A stretch of 64,000 nt of DNA, taken from the NCBI GenBank assembly GCA_963796275.1, contig CAWCKY010000006.1:1600001-1664000 (forward strand), read 5' to 3'. Made by a program: the position numbers and the translations under genes. The notes under the pieces were generated by a model. That model worked only from the letters and a program-made list of their open reading frames with translations. It was not told where the DNA came from and did no database searches. Of this stretch, positions 1 to 10,768 are shown one piece after another; position 1 is the first letter of the stretch, and each line of letters starts with the position of its first letter. The DNA is from an uncultured Acidobacteriota bacterium (GTDB lineage: Bacteria; Acidobacteriota; Blastocatellia; RBC074).

Positions 1-1
1 G

Positions 2-2464
2 CACAACTCGTTTGGACAGATAACGCACCAGAAATTGGCGGAACAGGCTGGGACGCTCAATGACGCGGGTGAGTATGTCGAGACGGGCCAGTGGAGCAGT
101 GTCTTCAAATACGACCCGCGCACGAGCCTGATGATTGAGAGCGTGGATGCGCGGGGGGTGAAGACCAAATTCGACTACGACGACGATGTGTTCGACCGGC
201 TGCAGAAGATGAGCTATGACAAGAGCGGAGTGCTGGGGAGTCTGGTGGGGACGATACCGGATGCGGCGAGCGTGGAATATTTTTATATGACGACGGGAGA
301 CGTGACGCGAGTGCGGAGTATGGTCGTAGGATCAGGGATGGGGAACGAGACGATGAGCTACGACAGCGAGGGAAGGTTGAGCGAGGTGAGGCGGACCTTC
401 GCCGGGCGAGGAAGCTATCCGCTGGTGATGAACTATGAGTGGAACACGCTGGGACAGCTGACGGCGATGACCTATCCGGCGCAGTACGGAGCGGGAGATA
501 TGCGCAAGAAGGTGGAATACACCTATGACAAGGCGAGCCGGATGGAGAGTCTGAAGTTCGGAGGAGTGACCTTCGCCTCCGAGCCCGTCTACAACGCAGC
601 GGACCAGATGGCGTCGTTGAAGATGGGGAGCCAGATCGTGGAGAACTATGGCTATGACGTGAAGACGGGACTGCTGACGACGCAGGATGTGGTGCGCGGC
701 GGGACGGATAAATTGGTGGATTTGAAGTACAACTACACGCTGACCAATGCTGCTAATAACAACGGGGCGAAGACGGGGCAGCTGACTGGGATCGAGGATC
801 TGAAGAACCCGGCGCGCAACCGGATACATGTATATGACAACCTGGGAAGATTGAAGAGTGTCAGTGGAGGAACAAATGCGTTCACGAGCCCGGACTGGAG
901 TCAGAGTTACGCTTATGACCGGTTTGGGAACAAATTGGGAGTGACGAAGAGTGGGAATGCGCCGCAGATACCGCTGGACGGAATGGGGAGTGTGAGCGTC
1001 AACCCGGAGACCAACCGGATCACGAGCGCTGGTTTCGCGTATGACGATGGGGGAAATCAGACGAAGGTAGTGATCGATGGGAGCGGGACGCAGCAGCAGA
1101 GTCAGTATGATGCGGCGGGGAGACTGGTGAAGGTGCTGGACGGGAGCGGGACGACGGTGGTGGCGAGCTACAGCTACGGAGCGGGGAACCAGCGGCTGAT
1201 GAGCGTCGAGGGAGGAGTGACGAGATATTACGGATGGGGAGAAGGGGGAATAATCTGTGAGTACGAGGCTGCAGGTGCGAGCGGGTTGCAGTGGAAGACG
1301 AGCTACGTCTATCTGGGCGGGCAACTGATGGCGACGACGAGCGGGAGCGACGGGAGTGAGACGCGATTTCATCACCCTGATCGATTGAGCGGGACGAGGC
1401 TGGTGACCGATGCGGCGAATGGAGAGGTGGTGGCGGAGCAGTTGAGCTTGCCATACGGGACGATGCAACCGTACGGGGCGTATGGGGGAGACAACTCGTA
1501 TCGGCACGCAACCAAGAGCAATCCGTCGAGGAAGCGGTTCACGAGCTATGATCTGGACGATGCGACTGGAATGCATTATGCGGTGAATCGGTATTACAGC
1601 AGCCGGCAGGGGCGATTCACGCAGGTCGATCCGATAGGGATGGGATCGGTGGAGTTGGCGAATCCGCAGAGTTTGAATCTGTATGCGTATGTGGAGGGCG
1701 ATCCGGTAAACAGTCGAGATCCGTTGGGGCTTGATGGTCTGTCCTTTTCTTTCGGAGGACCCTATCCGACAGGTGGAGGAGGTGGTGGCTGGTGGAACAG
1801 CTTGTTATCATTTGGGCCGTTTACCTTCAGTTTCGGGTTTGGCAGTGGATTTGGGGGTCCATTCATTCCATGGTTCCCGCTTCCCATGAACAGGATGCTG
1901 TTGCTGCAGCAACAACTCGGGATACAGCCAACATACATGGCGAAGCCACAGGAGCCAAAACCACTACTGCCGCTGCTACAGGAGCCACCTACGGCTCAAT
2001 CCATAGTAACGAAGTCTGGGTCTGGTGGTCAGGAAGGTACAAGTAATGGTCGTAGACGTCCAAGCTGGGAAGAGCTAGATAGACTATTAAATCCTACTGA
2101 TGAGGATTACAAGAGAATTTGGCTTGAAAGGTTTCCTAGCCATGATGGAATGGTGCCTGACCCGACCCAGCCACCGATAAGCCAATGGATTTATGGGCGT
2201 AGGATGGTGCACTATTCTCAAATAGCCACTGAAGATTACAAATACGGATTTATCCGTTTTGAGCCAAGTGTACCAGGTGGTGGCGTCGGTATAGGAATGG
2301 CTAAAAAGGCAGATATCAAATGGATAAAATGGGTTGTCAAGAAGATCGGGTTAAGCAAAGATCAAAAGCGGATTCTTCACGATACAATCACAGGTGAAAA
2401 TCTCACGAAGGAAGAGATTAAACAGATTGCTGAAGAAATTAAAAAGAATTTTCCCAACAAGTGA
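2..2464 (+). CDS. Rhs/YD-repeat polymorphic toxin, 5'-truncated by the window edge
   Basis: Frame is open from base 2. Many YD repeats (YDSEGRL, YDNLGRL, YDAAGRL), Rhs core motifs (HHPDRLSGTR, YAVNRYY..GRFTQVDP, NLYAYV.GDPVN..DPLGL), then a lower-GC variable C-terminal domain. Confidence 0.95.
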   Translation, partial: HNSFGQITHQKLAEQAGTLNDAGEYVETGQWSSVFKYDPRTSLMIESVDARGVKTKFDYDDDVFDRLQKMSYDKSGVLGSLVGTIPDAASVEYFYMTTGDVTRVRSMVVGSGMGNETMSYDSEGRLSEVRRTFAGRGSYPLVMNYEWNTLGQLTAMTYPAQYGAGDMRKKVEYTYDKASRMESLKFGGVTFASEPVYNAADQMASLKMGSQIVENYGYDVKTGLLTTQDVVRGGTDKLVDLKYNYTLTNAANNNGAKTGQLTGIEDLKNPARNRIHVYDNLGRLKSVSGGTNAFTSPDWSQSYAYDRFGNKLGVTKSGNAPQIPLDGMGSVSVNPETNRITSAGFAYDDGGNQTKVVIDGSGTQQQSQYDAAGRLVKVLDGSGTTVVASYSYGAGNQRLMSVEGGVTRYYGWGEGGIICEYEAAGASGLQWKTSYVYLGGQLMATTSGSDGSETRFHHPDRLSGTRLVTDAANGEVVAEQLSLPYGTMQPYGAYGGDNSYRHATKSNPSRKRFTSYDLDDATGMHYAVNRYYSSRQGRFTQVDPIGMGSVELANPQSLNLYAYVEGDPVNSRDPLGLDGLSFSFGGPYPTGGGGGGWWNSLLSFGPFTFSFGFGSGFGGPFIPWFPLPMNRMLLLQQQLGIQPTYMAKPQEPKPLLPLLQEPPTAQSIVTKSGSGGQEGTSNGRRRPSWEELDRLLNPTDEDYKRIWLERFPSHDGMVPDPTQPPISQWIYGRRMVHYSQIATEDYKYGFIRFEPSVPGGGVGIGMAKKADIKWIKWVVKKIGLSKDQKRILHDTITGENLTKEEIKQIAEEIKKNFPNK

Positions 2465-2474
2465 TAGAGGAGAT

Positions 2475-2987
2475 ATGAAGATTCAAGTTGAGGATGCATT
2501 GAAAGTGATCATTGGCAAAATATTTTGGGGAGCAGGCCGTGCTGGTGAAATACAATGGTTCCAGTTTGGAAACAAACAAGTAATAGTAACAGAACGTGAA
2601 ACCATTAAAGAAGTGGGTGAGTATGCATTACACGTGCAATGTGCTTGGCGAATCACCTCTCCAAAGGGGATTTTCGTTGGATCCCAAGATAAATATCTTC
2701 CAGCGAATGACTCCAATGAGCAAGCTGATGATTTTGATTGGGATCAACCAGGCGTCAATCGTTGTGATGATAGAATATCCATGCTTTTCAATGGACGGGA
2801 ATCCCATACCCTGTTAGTTAAGAATGTATCGGCTGATTCTTATGGTGGATTCTGCCTAAACTTGAGTGACAATTTTTCTATTGAGGTTTTCCCGGACCTC
2901 TCTCTTGACGATGAGTGCTGGAGGCTGTTCCAACCTTACAAAAATGGCCCGCATTTTATTGTCACCGGGGAAGGAATTGAAATGTAG
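2475..2987 (+). CDS. Putative immunity protein of the Rhs toxin (170 aa)
   Basis: ATG at 2475 follows the RBS-like GAGGAG, 10 nt after the toxin stop. AT-rich like the toxin C-terminus. Function is inferred from position only. Confidence 0.65.
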   Translation: MKIQVEDALKVIIGKIFWGAGRAGEIQWFQFGNKQVIVTERETIKEVGEYALHVQCAWRITSPKGIFVGSQDKYLPANDSNEQADDFDWDQPGVNRCDDRISMLFNGRESHTLLVKNVSADSYGGFCLNLSDNFSIEVFPDLSLDDECWRLFQPYKNGPHFIVTGEGIEM

Positions 2988-3130
2988 CGAAGTTACTAGT
3001 TGTAACTGGAGCGAGTCAATGAGTTTGAATTATGCAGTAAACCGGTACTCACAACAAGAGAGGGCAGGTTCAAGCAGATCGATCCGAGTGAGATGGGATC
3101 TGGCGAACCTGCAGAGTTCGAATCTATACT
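2988..3130 (+). pseudogene. Decayed Rhs core-end fragment
   Basis: With frameshifts it reads TSCNWSESMSLNYAVNRY..GRFKQIDPSEMG..LANLQSSNLY, matching FTSYD..TGMHYAVNRYY..GRFTQVDPIGMG..LANPQSLNLY at ~1535-1690. Confidence 0.8.
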
Positions 3131-3159
3131 TCTTAGCAGTCAGGCAAAATTTGAGGTAT

Positions 3160-3222
3160 TTTCATTTTGCATTTGTCATTGACTTGTGCAGCGGGCAACT
3201 CAATGACAAATGTAAAATGAAA
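3160..3222. terminator. 23-bp-arm inverted repeat between convergent units (possible bidirectional terminator or repeat element)
   Basis: TTTCATTTTGCATTTGTCATTGA ... TCAATGACAAATGTAAAATGAAA, one mismatch. Confidence 0.55.
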
Positions 3223-3319
3223 GATAATTACGCCATGAAACATCTCTGTCGGAGCCTAAATGGAGAACAATTCAGCAAACAGTGCTGAGCGGATTATTTG
3301 TCGTCTTTAGGTCAATTTA

Positions 3320-4984
3320 TCAAGGCACCATCCACGGAAAAACATAAGCCTGCGAAAGCACCAGCAATCCCACCAGAACGGCTAACGCCAGGCTGTGAAA
3401 GAAGACGTACCTGAGAATAGTCCCTTCGCTTCCATGCTGGTTGGTCGCCACGCTCGCCACGACGATCGACTGCGCGTCGATCATTTTTCCCATAACTCCG
3501 CCCGAGCTATTTGACGCCGCAGCGAGCACCGGCGAAATGCCGAGCTGCTCCGCCGTGATCTGCTGAAGATTGCCGAACAACACGTTCGATGACGTGTCGC
3601 TCCCCGTCAGCGCGACTCCGAGCCAGCCCAGTAGCGGAGAGAAGAAGGGAAAGAGTACTCCCGTGCTCGCGAACGCCAGACCCATCGTTGCGTCCAGCCC
3701 GCCGTATCGCGTGGTAAATCCTAACGCCAGCATTGCTGCAATTGTTATCAGGGAAATGCTCACCCGGCTGAGCGTTCGCATAAATATCTGTATCAATCTC
3801 ACCGGCGAAAGACGCAGTAATAATCCAGACACGATCCCGGTTAGAAGTAATGCAGTTCCTGTTGCTGAGAGCCAGTTGAAGACGAAGACCGCATCTTCCG
3901 CCTTCGGCTGCGCGACGACCGGCGGCGCACGGAATACCAACTTATGGAGATACGGCACCTGAAGCTCGATCAGAGAAATGCCGTTGAGCAGTGTTTTGAT
4001 CTGCGGCAATCCCCAGAGAAAAACGAGGATCGAGAGCACTATCCACGGCATCCATGCAGTGAATGCCTCTCGGCCGGGCACTTTGATCGGCGCTTCCTGC
4101 GCGTGGGAAGCGACTCCCGCGGCGCTGGCGGCTTTCTCGTATTGGTCATCATTAGCGAAGCGCCATATGTTACGCGGCTGCCAGAATCTGAGCAGGACTA
4201 TCAGCGATAGGATTGAGACGAAAGCGCCGGCGATGTCGACGACCCACGGACCGTGATAATTGCTGACGAGATACTGCACTATCCCGAAGCTCAGGCCCGA
4301 GGCCAGACAGGCGGGCCACACCTCGCGCATCCCTTTGAAGCCGGCCATCGCCCAAACCAACCAGAATGGGACGATGACCGAGAAGATGGGAAGCTGCCGC
4401 CCGACCATCGCGCTCAGTTGTTCGATCGGTAGATTGGTGACCCGGGCGAGCGCGATGATGGGCGTCCCGAGCGCGCCGAACGCCACTGGCGCGGTGTTAC
4501 CGATCAGGGCCAGCCCCGCGGCTTGCAGCGGTTTGAATCCCAGGCCGATCAGCATAGCCGCGGAGATCGCCACAGGTGTGCCGAAGCCCGCCGCTCCCTC
4601 GATAAACGCGCCGAAGCTGAAGGCGATCAACAATGCTTGTATACGGCGGTCGCTCGCCAAACCGGCTATCGTATGTTTGACGGTCTCGAATTTTCCGGTC
4701 TCGACCGTGATGTCATAGACGAAGATCGCAGCGAGAACTATCCAGCCGATGGGAAAGAGCCCGTAGGCTGCGCCGTTCGCCGCGGCCGCAAAGGCCAGCG
4801 ATGCCGGCATCCCATAGACGGTCATCGCAACAAGGAGCGAGATGCCCAGTCCGGCGATCGCCGCTAGGTGAGCCCTGACGTGAAAGAATGCGAGCAAACC
4901 TAGCAGGATAACAACGGGTAAGGAAGCGACCAGGGCAGATACAAGCAGGTTTCCGAGTGGGTTATATATTTGGGTCCAATTCAT
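3320..4984 (-). CDS. lctP: L-lactate permease
   Basis: Polytopic membrane protein with [41 protein letters not shown] and [12 protein letters not shown] motifs. Confidence 0.92.
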   Translation of the reverse strand: MNWTQIYNPLGNLLVSALVASLPVVILLGLLAFFHVRAHLAAIAGLGISLLVAMTVYGMPASLAFAAAANGAAYGLFPIGWIVLAAIFVYDITVETGKFETVKHTIAGLASDRRIQALLIAFSFGAFIEGAAGFGTPVAISAAMLIGLGFKPLQAAGLALIGNTAPVAFGALGTPIIALARVTNLPIEQLSAMVGRQLPIFSVIVPFWLVWAMAGFKGMREVWPACLASGLSFGIVQYLVSNYHGPWVVDIAGAFVSILSLIVLLRFWQPRNIWRFANDDQYEKAASAAGVASHAQEAPIKVPGREAFTAWMPWIVLSILVFLWGLPQIKTLLNGISLIELQVPYLHKLVFRAPPVVAQPKAEDAVFVFNWLSATGTALLLTGIVSGLLLRLSPVRLIQIFMRTLSRVSISLITIAAMLALGFTTRYGGLDATMGLAFASTGVLFPFFSPLLGWLGVALTGSDTSSNVLFGNLQQITAEQLGISPVLAAASNSSGGVMGKMIDAQSIVVASVATNQHGSEGTILRYVFFHSLALAVLVGLLVLSQAYVFPWMVP

Positions 4985-5017
4985 ATTTTGGGTGCCTCAG
5001 TTTAATGTTGTCAGTTC

Positions 5018-5098
5018 ACCACGGATTGACGCAGAGATGCGGCCGATTATCTCAGATTCGATCAACGATAATCCGCCGCACCCGCGTAAATCTGCGGT
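5018..5098. repeat. Imperfect palindromic intergenic element
   Basis: ACCACGGATTGACGCAGA..GCGGCCGATTATC pairs with GATAATCCGCCGC..GCGTAAATCTGCGGT. Confidence 0.6.
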
Positions 5099-5172
5099 AC
5101 ATCGACAATCTAGTTATCAATGGCTGCAGGGTTACTACTTCCTTCTTATTTCGTTTTTCGTTTTTTTATTTA

Positions 5173-6708
5173 TTATTCTTCGATTTTCCACCACTCCCGT
5201 CCGTCGCGTTCCAGCAACTCATCCGCTTCTTTCGGTCCCCATGTGCCCGAAATATAGTTGGGAAATGCCCGTGGTGGGAGGGCCTTCCATACATCGATGA
5301 TCGGTTCAATCGCTCTCCATCCGGCTTCCACCATATCGGCGCGCTGGAAGAGTGTTGCGTCGCCAGTCATACAGTCGTAGAGCAATCGTTCGTACCCGGT
5401 GCTCGGCATACTGCCGAAATAGTCGACGTAGTCGAAGTCCATCTCGACCGCTCCGACGCGCATGATCGGTCCCGGAATTTTGGCGCCGAAGCGTAGCGAT
5501 ATCCCTTCATCGGGGTGTATGCGAATCACCAGCCGGTTCGTCCTCAGTCTTTCGACCGGCGTGTCACGGAAGAGCAGTAATGGAGCCTGTTTGAACTGAA
5601 TTGAAACCTCGGACACGCGCTTTCCCATCCTTTTACCGGTCCTCAGGTAGAAAGGCACGTCGGCCCATCGCCAATTGTCTACCATAACCTTGAGCGCGAC
5701 GAAAGTCTCGGTCGTTGAATTCGGCGCGACCTGCAATTCCGTACGGTAGGCCGGAACGCGTTCTTCTTTCATCATCCCTTCGCCATACTGCCCGCGCACC
5801 GAGCGCGATAGGACATCTTCCGGAGGGATGGGAGAGATCGCGTGCAGAACTTTCGCTTGTTCATCCCGGACTGCGTTGGCGTCGAAAGATATGGGCGGCT
5901 CCATCGCGGTAAGCGAAAGCAGTTGAAAGAGATGATTCGGAACCATATCGCGCAGGGCGCCCGATGATTCGTAATAGTTGCCACGTTTTTCAACCCCGAC
6001 GGTCTCGGACGCCGTGATCTGGATGTGATCGATATAGCGGCGGTTCCAGATCGGTTCGAAGATGGCATTGCCGAAGCGGAAGACCAAAATGTTCTGTACC
6101 GTCTCCTTGCCCAGATAATGATCGATGCGGTAAATCTGGCTTTCGCTGAGCACCTGGCTGATCTCGGAGTTGAGCGTGCGGGCGGATTCGAGGTCGTGCC
6201 CGAAAGGTTTTTCGAAGATCACGCGCCGCCAATTTCCATCTTCCTCGCGCGCCAGTCCCGCGGCGCCCAACTGTTTCACGATATTACCGAACAGGTCGGG
6301 CGCAGTAGCCAGATAGAAGAAGTAGTTCCCGTTCGTCCCATGCGTTTGATCGATCTGTACCAGATAATCCTTTAGTTTCTGGTAGCATTCGGGGTTTTTG
6401 ACGTCGCCTGATTTGTAATAAATGCGCTGTAAAAACCAATCCCACAGGCTCGGGTCGATATCGCTGGTGGCAAAGTTCTTCATTCCCTGAGTGATCTGCT
6501 CGCGGAATGTTTCATTCGACATTTCTGTACGGGAGATGCATACGACTGCAAAACCCTGGGAGAGCAGGTTGCCCTTCGCCAGGTTGTATAGGGCAGGGAA
6601 GAGCTTCCTCTTGGTGAGGTCTCCCGTCGCTCCGTATATAACCATCACGCATGGAGCGGTAGCCTTGCCTGTTTGTTGATTTTGTCCGTTAAATTCGTTC
6701 ATTCTCAC
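5173..6708 (-). CDS. zwf: Glucose-6-phosphate 1-dehydrogenase
   Basis: [25 protein letters not shown] and PFYLRTGKR motifs. Confidence 0.97.
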   Translation of the reverse strand: MRMNEFNGQNQQTGKATAPCVMVIYGATGDLTKRKLFPALYNLAKGNLLSQGFAVVCISRTEMSNETFREQITQGMKNFATSDIDPSLWDWFLQRIYYKSGDVKNPECYQKLKDYLVQIDQTHGTNGNYFFYLATAPDLFGNIVKQLGAAGLAREEDGNWRRVIFEKPFGHDLESARTLNSEISQVLSESQIYRIDHYLGKETVQNILVFRFGNAIFEPIWNRRYIDHIQITASETVGVEKRGNYYESSGALRDMVPNHLFQLLSLTAMEPPISFDANAVRDEQAKVLHAISPIPPEDVLSRSVRGQYGEGMMKEERVPAYRTELQVAPNSTTETFVALKVMVDNWRWADVPFYLRTGKRMGKRVSEVSIQFKQAPLLLFRDTPVERLRTNRLVIRIHPDEGISLRFGAKIPGPIMRVGAVEMDFDYVDYFGSMPSTGYERLLYDCMTGDATLFQRADMVEAGWRAIEPIIDVWKALPPRAFPNYISGTWGPKEADELLERDGREWWKIEE

Positions 6709-6817
6709 TCTACAACCTTCTCCTTTGAAAAACGGTCGGCAGTTAGCAGTAGGAAGTAGGCGGTTCGAGAATAGTCGTCAGAGATTAAACGAACCGCCAA
6801 TGCCAAAGATTCTTCCG

Positions 6818-7308
6818 TTACTTCTGCCTTTTGACATTCGCCTTTTGTTTTTTGCCTTCCCAATCGATGCGTCTTTCGAGATTATTTATTTTCTCGAGCC
6901 TCCTTTGATGTCGCTCCTCTCCCGTGAATTCGGCCGACAGGAAAGTCCTGACGAGTTCGCGCGCCATCTCCGAGCCGATGACCCGCGCACCCAGGACGAG
7001 GATATTCATATCATCGTGTTCGACCCCCTGATGCGCCGAGTAGGTATCGTGCGTCAGGCCGGCGCGGATGCCGGGATCTTGTTGGCCGCGACCGATGCGC
7101 CAACCCCGCTGCCGCAGATTAACACGCCGCGCCGCGCTCGCCCATCGCGGACCGCCAACCCAACTGCCTCTGCGAAATCCGGATAGTCCACCGGCGCAAG
7201 ACTGTCGGTCCCCACGTCGACCACATCATGGCCGAGTTCCGCGAGATAACGCGCCAACGCCTGCTTCAATTCAAAGCCCGCATGATCGGAACCGATTGCT
7301 ATTTGCAT
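6818..7308 (-). CDS. rpiB: Ribose-5-phosphate isomerase B, single-base frameshift near 7071 (probably a sequencing error)
   Basis: GSDHAG..DYPD..CGSGVG..ANKIP continues in another frame as [39 protein letters not shown]. Confidence 0.9.
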
Positions 7309-7320
7309 GACTTGACCCCG

Positions 7321-7830
7321 TTAGAAAGATTCTTCATCAGCCGATGGGCCGTAGATCGACGGCACCGGCACATCGTTGAGCCTCAAATATATCCCGAGCT
7401 GGGCGCGGTGGTGGATGATGTGATTCATGATGAAGCCGCGTAAGACGGCGATTCGAGCCATCGTGAAGATTGTTTGCCCGCCCGATAGAAGCGTCCAGGG
7501 CTTGAGTAGCAGCTCATCGCTCGCGCCGGCAATCGCCGCTCGCGCCGCCATCACGTTCTTATCGAACGTCTCCAGCGCCTCTTGCCGCGACCTGACCGGG
7601 ACGGCGCGAAAAGGCGGAGCGCCGGGCGGAGACAGGTCGAGGGCATCCTGTTCGATGGTGGGTTGAGCCCAGCTCGGTATAGTCGCAAGATGGGTTGCCA
7701 ATTCCCTCAATGCATAGGATTTCTCATGAGGTTTCCAATCGAGCCGATCATCCGGCACTCGCTCCAGCGTCTTCCTCGTATTCGCCATCTCATGGTCGAA
7801 TTCCGGTAATAGCGATTCGCTCATCGACAT
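7321..7830 (-). CDS. DinB/YfiT family protein
   Basis: WKPHEKS..LATHLA and NHIIHHRAQLGIYLR..VPSIYGPSAD. Confidence 0.88.
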   Translation of the reverse strand: MSMSESLLPEFDHEMANTRKTLERVPDDRLDWKPHEKSYALRELATHLATIPSWAQPTIEQDALDLSPPGAPPFRAVPVRSRQEALETFDKNVMAARAAIAGASDELLLKPWTLLSGGQTIFTMARIAVLRGFIMNHIIHHRAQLGIYLRLNDVPVPSIYGPSADEESF

Positions 7831-7916
7831 ACACTCCCTCCATTCTTTATCCGAGCAGCAGAAAGAATCACCATATCATTGAATGTCTTGTTTTTGATTC
7901 TGGGGAATCATCTCCA

Positions 7917-8984
7917 TCAGATAATTTTACCTTTGGTCGTTAGCCTGACCCGGAGCACCGCGTCATCGGCCGTGATGTAAAGGGTCGAGCCGTCATCGCC
8001 CCACGCGCAGTTGGAGGTATTCACTCCGGTGTCAAATGTTCCGAGATGTGTGCCATCCGGCGCGAAGACGAGAACTCCACCCGGACCGGTCGCAAAGAGA
8101 TTCCCCTCCATATCCACCTTCATCCCGTCGGGCAGACCCTTCTTCCCCTCTTTCACCCAATTGGTTGCATCGAAAAATATTTTGCCGTTTGCGATGTTCC
8201 CCTTTTGATCAATGTCATAGACCATCCAGATGGCCTTATCCGGGTCAGAGGATGCCACGTAGAGTTTCTTTTCATCGGGTGAGAATGCGATGCCGTTCGG
8301 CCGCTTGATCTCTTTGGTCAGAAGGGTCAGCTTGTTATTCTTTGTCAGACGGTAGACGCCGCAGTAATCGAGCTCGCACTGGGGATCATCCATTGACTGT
8401 TTCGGAAGACCGTACGGCGGGTCAGTGAAATAAAGGTCGCCGTTCGACCTGAAGACCAGATCGTTCGGGCTGTTCAGACGCTTACCCTCGAATTTGTCGG
8501 CCAGCGTCTCTTTAGTCTTGCCATCCGCCGCGAGCCGTGAAACGCGCCGGTCGCCGTGCTCGCAGGCGACGAGGTGACCCGCGGAGTCAAACGTCAATCC
8601 GTTGGTGCCGGGTTCCGGTCCATTAAACGGCTCTTTTCCCGTATAACCGCTCGGATTCATAAATTTCGTCGCGCCTTCGCCTTCCTTCCATTTGTAGATC
8701 GTATTGCTCGGAATCTCGGAGAATAGCAGGTAATTCTCTTTACTATTCCAGACCGGGCCTTCGACCCATTCGTAGCCGTCAGCCAGTCTCTCAAATTTCG
8801 GCTCCTGCGGCACCAGCTTGTCGAACCGCGGGTCCAGCTTCACAACCTTCACTTTGGGACTTGATTCTGGTTTCATATTTGTTGAACTCGTGTTGTTCTC
8901 CGTTCCATTCGACGAACATGATGCGATGACAACCGTTAGGGCAATCATCATTAAATATTGAGACAAATGTCTTTTATGGGTCAT
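7917..8984 (-). CDS. SMP-30/gluconolactonase family protein, probable lipoprotein
   Basis: EGPVW, NSPND, FTDPPYG, PNGIAFSPD and PDGMKVD motifs, plus lipobox-like VIASC. Start reassigned to the ATG at 8984, after GGAG. Confidence 0.88.
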   Translation of the reverse strand: MTHKRHLSQYLMMIALTVVIASCSSNGTENNTSSTNMKPESSPKVKVVKLDPRFDKLVPQEPKFERLADGYEWVEGPVWNSKENYLLFSEIPSNTIYKWKEGEGATKFMNPSGYTGKEPFNGPEPGTNGLTFDSAGHLVACEHGDRRVSRLAADGKTKETLADKFEGKRLNSPNDLVFRSNGDLYFTDPPYGLPKQSMDDPQCELDYCGVYRLTKNNKLTLLTKEIKRPNGIAFSPDEKKLYVASSDPDKAIWMVYDIDQKGNIANGKIFFDATNWVKEGKKGLPDGMKVDMEGNLFATGPGGVLVFAPDGTHLGTFDTGVNTSNCAWGDDGSTLYITADDAVLRVRLTTKGKII

Positions 8985-9206
8985 ATGTTCTCCTGTGAGT
9001 GTGATTTGTCGCAGTCTAGCGCAAGATGGGAACGGATGGAACAGAGATCGGAAGGCAGGAGGCCACCTCAAAATACATGAGACATTGAAAGGAAGGCAGT
9101 AGCGGAAAAAAATCTCGCAAGAGTTTCTTCTGCCGCCTTAATCCCTATGTTTTTTATCTCTTTTGTACTTTGTGTGAAATGTCTCTTTCTATGTGAATGT
9201 CTCTCT

Positions 9207-10610
9207 CTATTGGAGAGACTCTCGGACGACCGCCGGAAGATTGCAGACCACGGGGCGAACCTTGCCCGAGTTGCTTCGCGCGATAGAGTGGACGACCTCA
9301 ACGTATGTTTGGACATCGCCTACGTGCGATCGCATATTGCGTTTGATCTTTTCGATATCCTGATCGTTAAAGCCGATGCCGGGAACCACAAAGACGGTGA
9401 ATACTTTAAATCGCTCCTGTGCTATTTGAGCTTCCCTGATGTTGTCTACATCGTTGAATACGGTATCGAATCTGGTTACTCGACGGCCATCAGCCGTATA
9501 ACAAACATCGTCAAGGCGGTTTTCTATCGATTCCAGAATAGGCATATTTCGGTCGCAGGGACAATTTTGATCCACCGCCCACGACGCGACGTCACCGACC
9601 CGGTAGCGGATCAATGGCTGAAGTCGGTTGTTAAGACCAGTGCAAACCACATCACCTATCTCACCGGGGGGACATGGATTACCATTCGCATCGATGATTT
9701 CGATGATCCCGACGTCAGGGCTGACGTGGTACCGGCCGTATTGGCATTCTGAAGCGAAGAACGCATTTTCGATACAGTAGTAGCGGTCAAATACGCGGCA
9801 CTGCCACGCCGCCTCAATTGTCTCCCTGATCTGATCGGTTACCGTTTCGGATGTCGTCAGCACAGCGTTCGCCGGCGCAGGCATATCATTATTTTCCAGC
9901 GCGTAACGAGCCACGATATTGAGAGCGCCCGGATACCCCATGATCACCGGAGGCCTGTATTTTCTGAGAAATGCCAGGTAATGCGGCAGGTACTTCGGTG
10001 AAAGATGATAGATCGAGGCATACGCCATATCTCCGGCCGGGCTGAAGCGCCAGAAAGGCGGATGATCTTGATCGTAGCGGCAGACTTTGCGCACACCGAA
10101 TATGACGCGTCGGTTGCGGTAGTTGACCCCGGCCCAACTGAGATTACGCGCTTCCGGGACCGCCATTTCCGCCGCATAGGATTCGCGCGTGAAATAGATT
10201 TCAGTCGGTGAACAGTTGGCCGCCATCGATTTCCGCACAATCGCGCGGACCGGCAAGGGATTGGCAGTCAGCAGATCCTTCGATCTCGTACGCAGCATTT
10301 CTCTTGTAAGTAGAGGCATGCGGCCCAATGCTTCCATCGGCGGCATCTTGGGGGTAATACCGGCTTCGAGAAAAACCTGATGATAATATGGCGATCCCCA
10401 GGCGGCCTGGAAGATTTTCTGTAACAACATTAACTGGTAGTTATGGAACTGCTCTTTCGTCCAACTATCCCGCGCCTTGTATTCATCGACTAACTGGATG
10501 AAATTTTTGCTGAAACGGCGCCTGTACCACCACCAGCCATAAGTCGATACCATTACCTGCTGCGCCCAGATAGGGCTGTTGGAATATAGATATTCAATCA
10601 GATTTAACAT
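9207..10610 (-). CDS. CapK/phenylacetate-CoA-ligase-like protein with a degenerate P-loop
   Basis: GYPGAL, TTSE, CTGLNN..PLIRYRVGD and GKVRPV motifs. The P-loop position reads KSMAANCSP instead of TSGTTGTP. Confidence 0.8.
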   Translation of the reverse strand: MLNLIEYLYSNSPIWAQQVMVSTYGWWWYRRRFSKNFIQLVDEYKARDSWTKEQFHNYQLMLLQKIFQAAWGSPYYHQVFLEAGITPKMPPMEALGRMPLLTREMLRTRSKDLLTANPLPVRAIVRKSMAANCSPTEIYFTRESYAAEMAVPEARNLSWAGVNYRNRRVIFGVRKVCRYDQDHPPFWRFSPAGDMAYASIYHLSPKYLPHYLAFLRKYRPPVIMGYPGALNIVARYALENNDMPAPANAVLTTSETVTDQIRETIEAAWQCRVFDRYYCIENAFFASECQYGRYHVSPDVGIIEIIDANGNPCPPGEIGDVVCTGLNNRLQPLIRYRVGDVASWAVDQNCPCDRNMPILESIENRLDDVCYTADGRRVTRFDTVFNDVDNIREAQIAQERFKVFTVFVVPGIGFNDQDIEKIKRNMRSHVGDVQTYVEVVHSIARSNSGKVRPVVCNLPAVVRESLQ

Positions 10611-10652
10611 ATCAGTATTTAGCTAAGAGGTTGTATAAACCGGTGATAGAAC

Positions 10653-10749
10653 TTCTTCACAACACAAATGAAGGAGACCGGAAAACCGCGATATCCGGCA
10701 ACTCGACTCATTCATGTTGTCGATTTCATTTGTGAAATTTTGTGATGAA
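10653..10749. repeat. Imperfect palindromic intergenic element
   Basis: TTCTTCACAACACAAATGAA ... TTCATTTGTGAAATTTTGTGATGAA. Confidence 0.5.
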
Positions 10750-10768
10750 TCTTATCACCCTCAATTAA

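Noticed and set aside
332-1576. 414-aa antisense ORF
   Set aside because: Shadow of the Rhs gene; Arg/His/Pro-rich with no motifs.
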